From NCBI GenBank assembly GCA_963766075.1, contig CAVYAN010000089.1, positions 1 to 10,431 of the forward strand: DNA of 10,431 nt, read 5' to 3'. How positions within the stretch are numbered: position 1 is the stretch's first letter; every line of letters begins with the position of its first letter. Below are positions 8,864-10,431 of the stretch, in pieces. A model generated the notes under the pieces. The model saw nothing but the letters and a program-made list of their open reading frames with translations. It was not told the origin of the DNA and did no database searches. A program made the position numbers and the translations under genes. The stretch is from an uncultured cyanobacterium (GTDB taxonomy: Bacteria; Cyanobacteriota; Cyanobacteriia; Leptolyngbyales; Leptolyngbyaceae).

Positions 8864-8933
8864 TTCTCCTAGGAACGTTTCCTTGCCAGACTAAGCAAAT
8901 AGACGAGATAGATAGGAGTTTCTACTCATCAAT

Positions 8934-8963
8934 ATGGTACCCCGATTTGTAAAGTTAGGTAAA
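8934..8963 (-). promoter_or_regulatory. Putative ndhD2 promoter overlapped by an HLR1 (RpaB-binding) direct repeat
   Basis: Minus strand TTTACCTA-AC-TTTACAAA (8963-8946) matches HLR1 KTTACAWW-N2-KTTACAWW with one mismatch. -35-like TTTACC, 18 bp, -10 TACCAT (8939-8934). Confidence 0.6.
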
Positions 8964-9155
8964 CAATAACGTGTGAATTATGGCATTTTCTCAATGAATA
9001 TTTCTAAAGGTTTCGTATAGATAGCCTACCCAAAACCCTTAAATCATCCGTGAATCGCCCTATTCAGAGGGGGGATCAGGCTCTAGCCTTTAGTTGTGCC
9101 TTTCGGATCCAGAGAGTAAGCACTCACTTCATTGCAAGGATTTTGTTACGAAACC

Positions 9156-9184
9156 TTGAGAAAACCGACTATTCTCGGTAGAAT
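9156..9184 (+). promoter_or_regulatory. Putative sigma70-type promoter for the hypothetical gene and ygfZ
   Basis: TTGAGA (9156-9161), 17 bp, TAGAAT (9179-9184), ending 33 nt before the GTG start. Confidence 0.5.
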
Positions 9185-9217
9185 CCAAGACTGGCAATTC
9201 ACTCTGGAGTTGATGCT

Positions 9218-9757
9218 GTGCCGAAGTTTCAAGACCAAGCGACCTGGCAGCAGGCAGAGCAGGTAATGCAACCGGCGCTGATTCGAGTGATTGCCAATGT
9301 GGGTAAGCGCTTGGAACAAGCACCGGAGTGGCAAGGTATCTACGAAGATGTCCAGGTTTGGGAGGCGGGGGTAAGTGAGGCGACTCAGACCCAGGTGATG
9401 GCGTTGCGATCGCAGTTGGACTCGGCCTCTGCCGAAACAGTGGACCAGATTCGCCAAGAATTAGCCCAACTGCCTGCTCCCTATCCCGGCTATCAACTCC
9501 GTCTGAAGCGGCTGGAACGAAATGCCCACGTGGAACCAGAAGTAACTGTGGAGCTATGGGATCTCTGCTACCAGATTTGTTTTCGTCATTACGATTCGAC
9601 AACGGGCACGTCCTGGACCCGGGGCTTTGGGCAAGGTCGAAGTCACGGGGTAGAAATTGATTCGGCCTTGTTTAAAGAGAACGGCGACGTGGATTGGGTG
9701 GCGCTGGATGACAAAGCCCAACAGGTGGTAGAGCGGGTATTCACCAATTTGCCCTAA
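9218..9757 (+). CDS. Hypothetical protein, probably conserved in cyanobacteria
   Basis: 179-aa ORF with GGAG 8 nt before the GTG start. Protein-like composition with motifs WQQAEQVMQPALIRV, PYPGYQL, LWDLCYQICF and GDVDW..LD.KA that I associate with an uncharacterised cyanobacterial family. Confidence 0.85.
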   Translation: MPKFQDQATWQQAEQVMQPALIRVIANVGKRLEQAPEWQGIYEDVQVWEAGVSEATQTQVMALRSQLDSASAETVDQIRQELAQLPAPYPGYQLRLKRLERNAHVEPEVTVELWDLCYQICFRHYDSTTGTSWTRGFGQGRSHGVEIDSALFKENGDVDWVALDDKAQQVVERVFTNLP

Positions 9758-9780
9758 GCTGAAGTTGCCCTAAGCTGAAG
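9749..9780. repeat. 16-bp perfect tandem duplication TTGCCCTAAGCTGAAG x2 spanning a stop codon
   Basis: Units at 9749-9764 and 9765-9780. The first contains the TAA (9755-9757) of the hypothetical gene. Confidence 0.95.
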
Positions 9781-9806
9781 ACAATTGAGGATGCGGAACG
9801 GTGATC

Positions 9807-10431
9807 ATGATGCGGAACGATTTGAGGGCACTTCAGGCGCAGCAGGGCGCAGAATTTGCAGCGGAATTGGCGGTGCCGGTGAGCTTTGGCAATGATGCCG
9901 TTGCCGTGCAGGCAGCGCAGCAAGGAGTGGCCTTATGCGATCGCTCTCATTGGGGTCGCATTTGCGTGGAAGAGCGCGATCGCCAACTATTCCTGCACAA
10001 CCAAAGTACAAACAATGTGAACGCCCTGAAGCCTGGGCAGGGCTGCAACACAGTATTTGTCACTTCGACAGCACGAACGATAGACCTGGCAACAATCTAC
10101 GTATTAGATGAGGCCGTGTTGTTGCTGGTGTCCCCAAATCGACGGCAAAAACTGCTGACCTGGCTGGATCGCTATATTTTCTTCGGCGACAAAGTTCGGT
10201 TAACGGATGTAACCGAGGCGACCGTAACTTTTAGCGTCATTGGGCCTGAGAGTCACGGTTTGCTGGAACGCCTGGGCGTGGCGATCGATGTAGATGCCCC
10301 TGATGGGCGTCACGTTTTAGCCCTGATTGCAGACCGAGAGGTGCGCATCGCAGTGGGCAGTGGACTCGGGCTGACGGGCTATACGCTATGGCTGGATGCA
10401 GAGAGTGCGATGTCGGTGTGGCAGGCATTGG
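9807..10431 (+). CDS. ygfZ: YgfZ/GcvT family folate-binding protein, 5' part (runs off the window)
   Basis: Own translation from ATG 9807 (or 9810): MMRNDLRALQAQQGAEF...VPVSFGND...GVALCDRSHWGRI...DRQLFLHNQSTN...PGQGCNTVFVTSTARTIDL...LDRYIFFGDKV. The diagnostic KGCY motif would lie beyond the window. Confidence 0.88.
   Translation, partial: MMRNDLRALQAQQGAEFAAELAVPVSFGNDAVAVQAAQQGVALCDRSHWGRICVEERDRQLFLHNQSTNNVNALKPGQGCNTVFVTSTARTIDLATIYVLDEAVLLLVSPNRRQKLLTWLDRYIFFGDKVRLTDVTEATVTFSVIGPESHGLLERLGVAIDVDAPDGRHVLALIADREVRIAVGSGLGLTGYTLWLDAESAMSVWQAL

Larger units (their letters stand above)
1325..9983. repeat. HIP1 octamer GCGATCGC, 13 dispersed copies
   Basis: Counted by eye at 1325, 3020, 3415, 3613, 4699, 5723, 5798, 6627, 7133, 8849, 9406, 9937 and 9976. 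This over-representation is a known cyanobacterial genome signature. Confidence 0.93.

Noticed and set aside
9129..9602. 157-aa and 103-aa minus-strand ORFs
   Set aside because: Antisense to the 179-aa gene, which has the RBS, the promoter and the protein-like sequence.
9741..10428. Three short minus-strand ORFs at the right end
   Set aside because: Antisense to the ygfZ reading frame, which the ORF track missed.

Overview
Cyanobacterial core-genome window, with 13 copies of the HIP1 octamer GCGATCGC. Left to right it holds: a DUF4359-like exported or membrane-anchored protein (+), group 2 sigma factor sigC (-), a GlsB/YeaQ/YmgE-type membrane protein (-), the conserved pipX-pipY-sepF-proC cluster (-), ndhD2 (-), a hypothetical protein (+) and the 5' part of a YgfZ/GcvT-family gene (+, missing from the ORF track because it runs off the edge). 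I see no rRNA, tRNA, CRISPR array or mobile element. The most interesting signals are non-coding. (1) ndhD2 appears to have a ~270-nt structured leader behind an HLR1-overlapped promoter; it carries a sequestered Shine-Dalgarno, a 52-codon uORF and a U-tract. (2) Short duplications repeatedly copy the stop or start region of the adjacent gene (sigC, proC, pipX, the hypothetical gene, ygfZ). (3) A palindrome-containing 21-bp tandem repeat lies upstream of sigC. (4) A 759-bp AT-rich spacer with repeated motifs separates pipY from sepF. Family calls come from recognising motifs by eye; no search was run.
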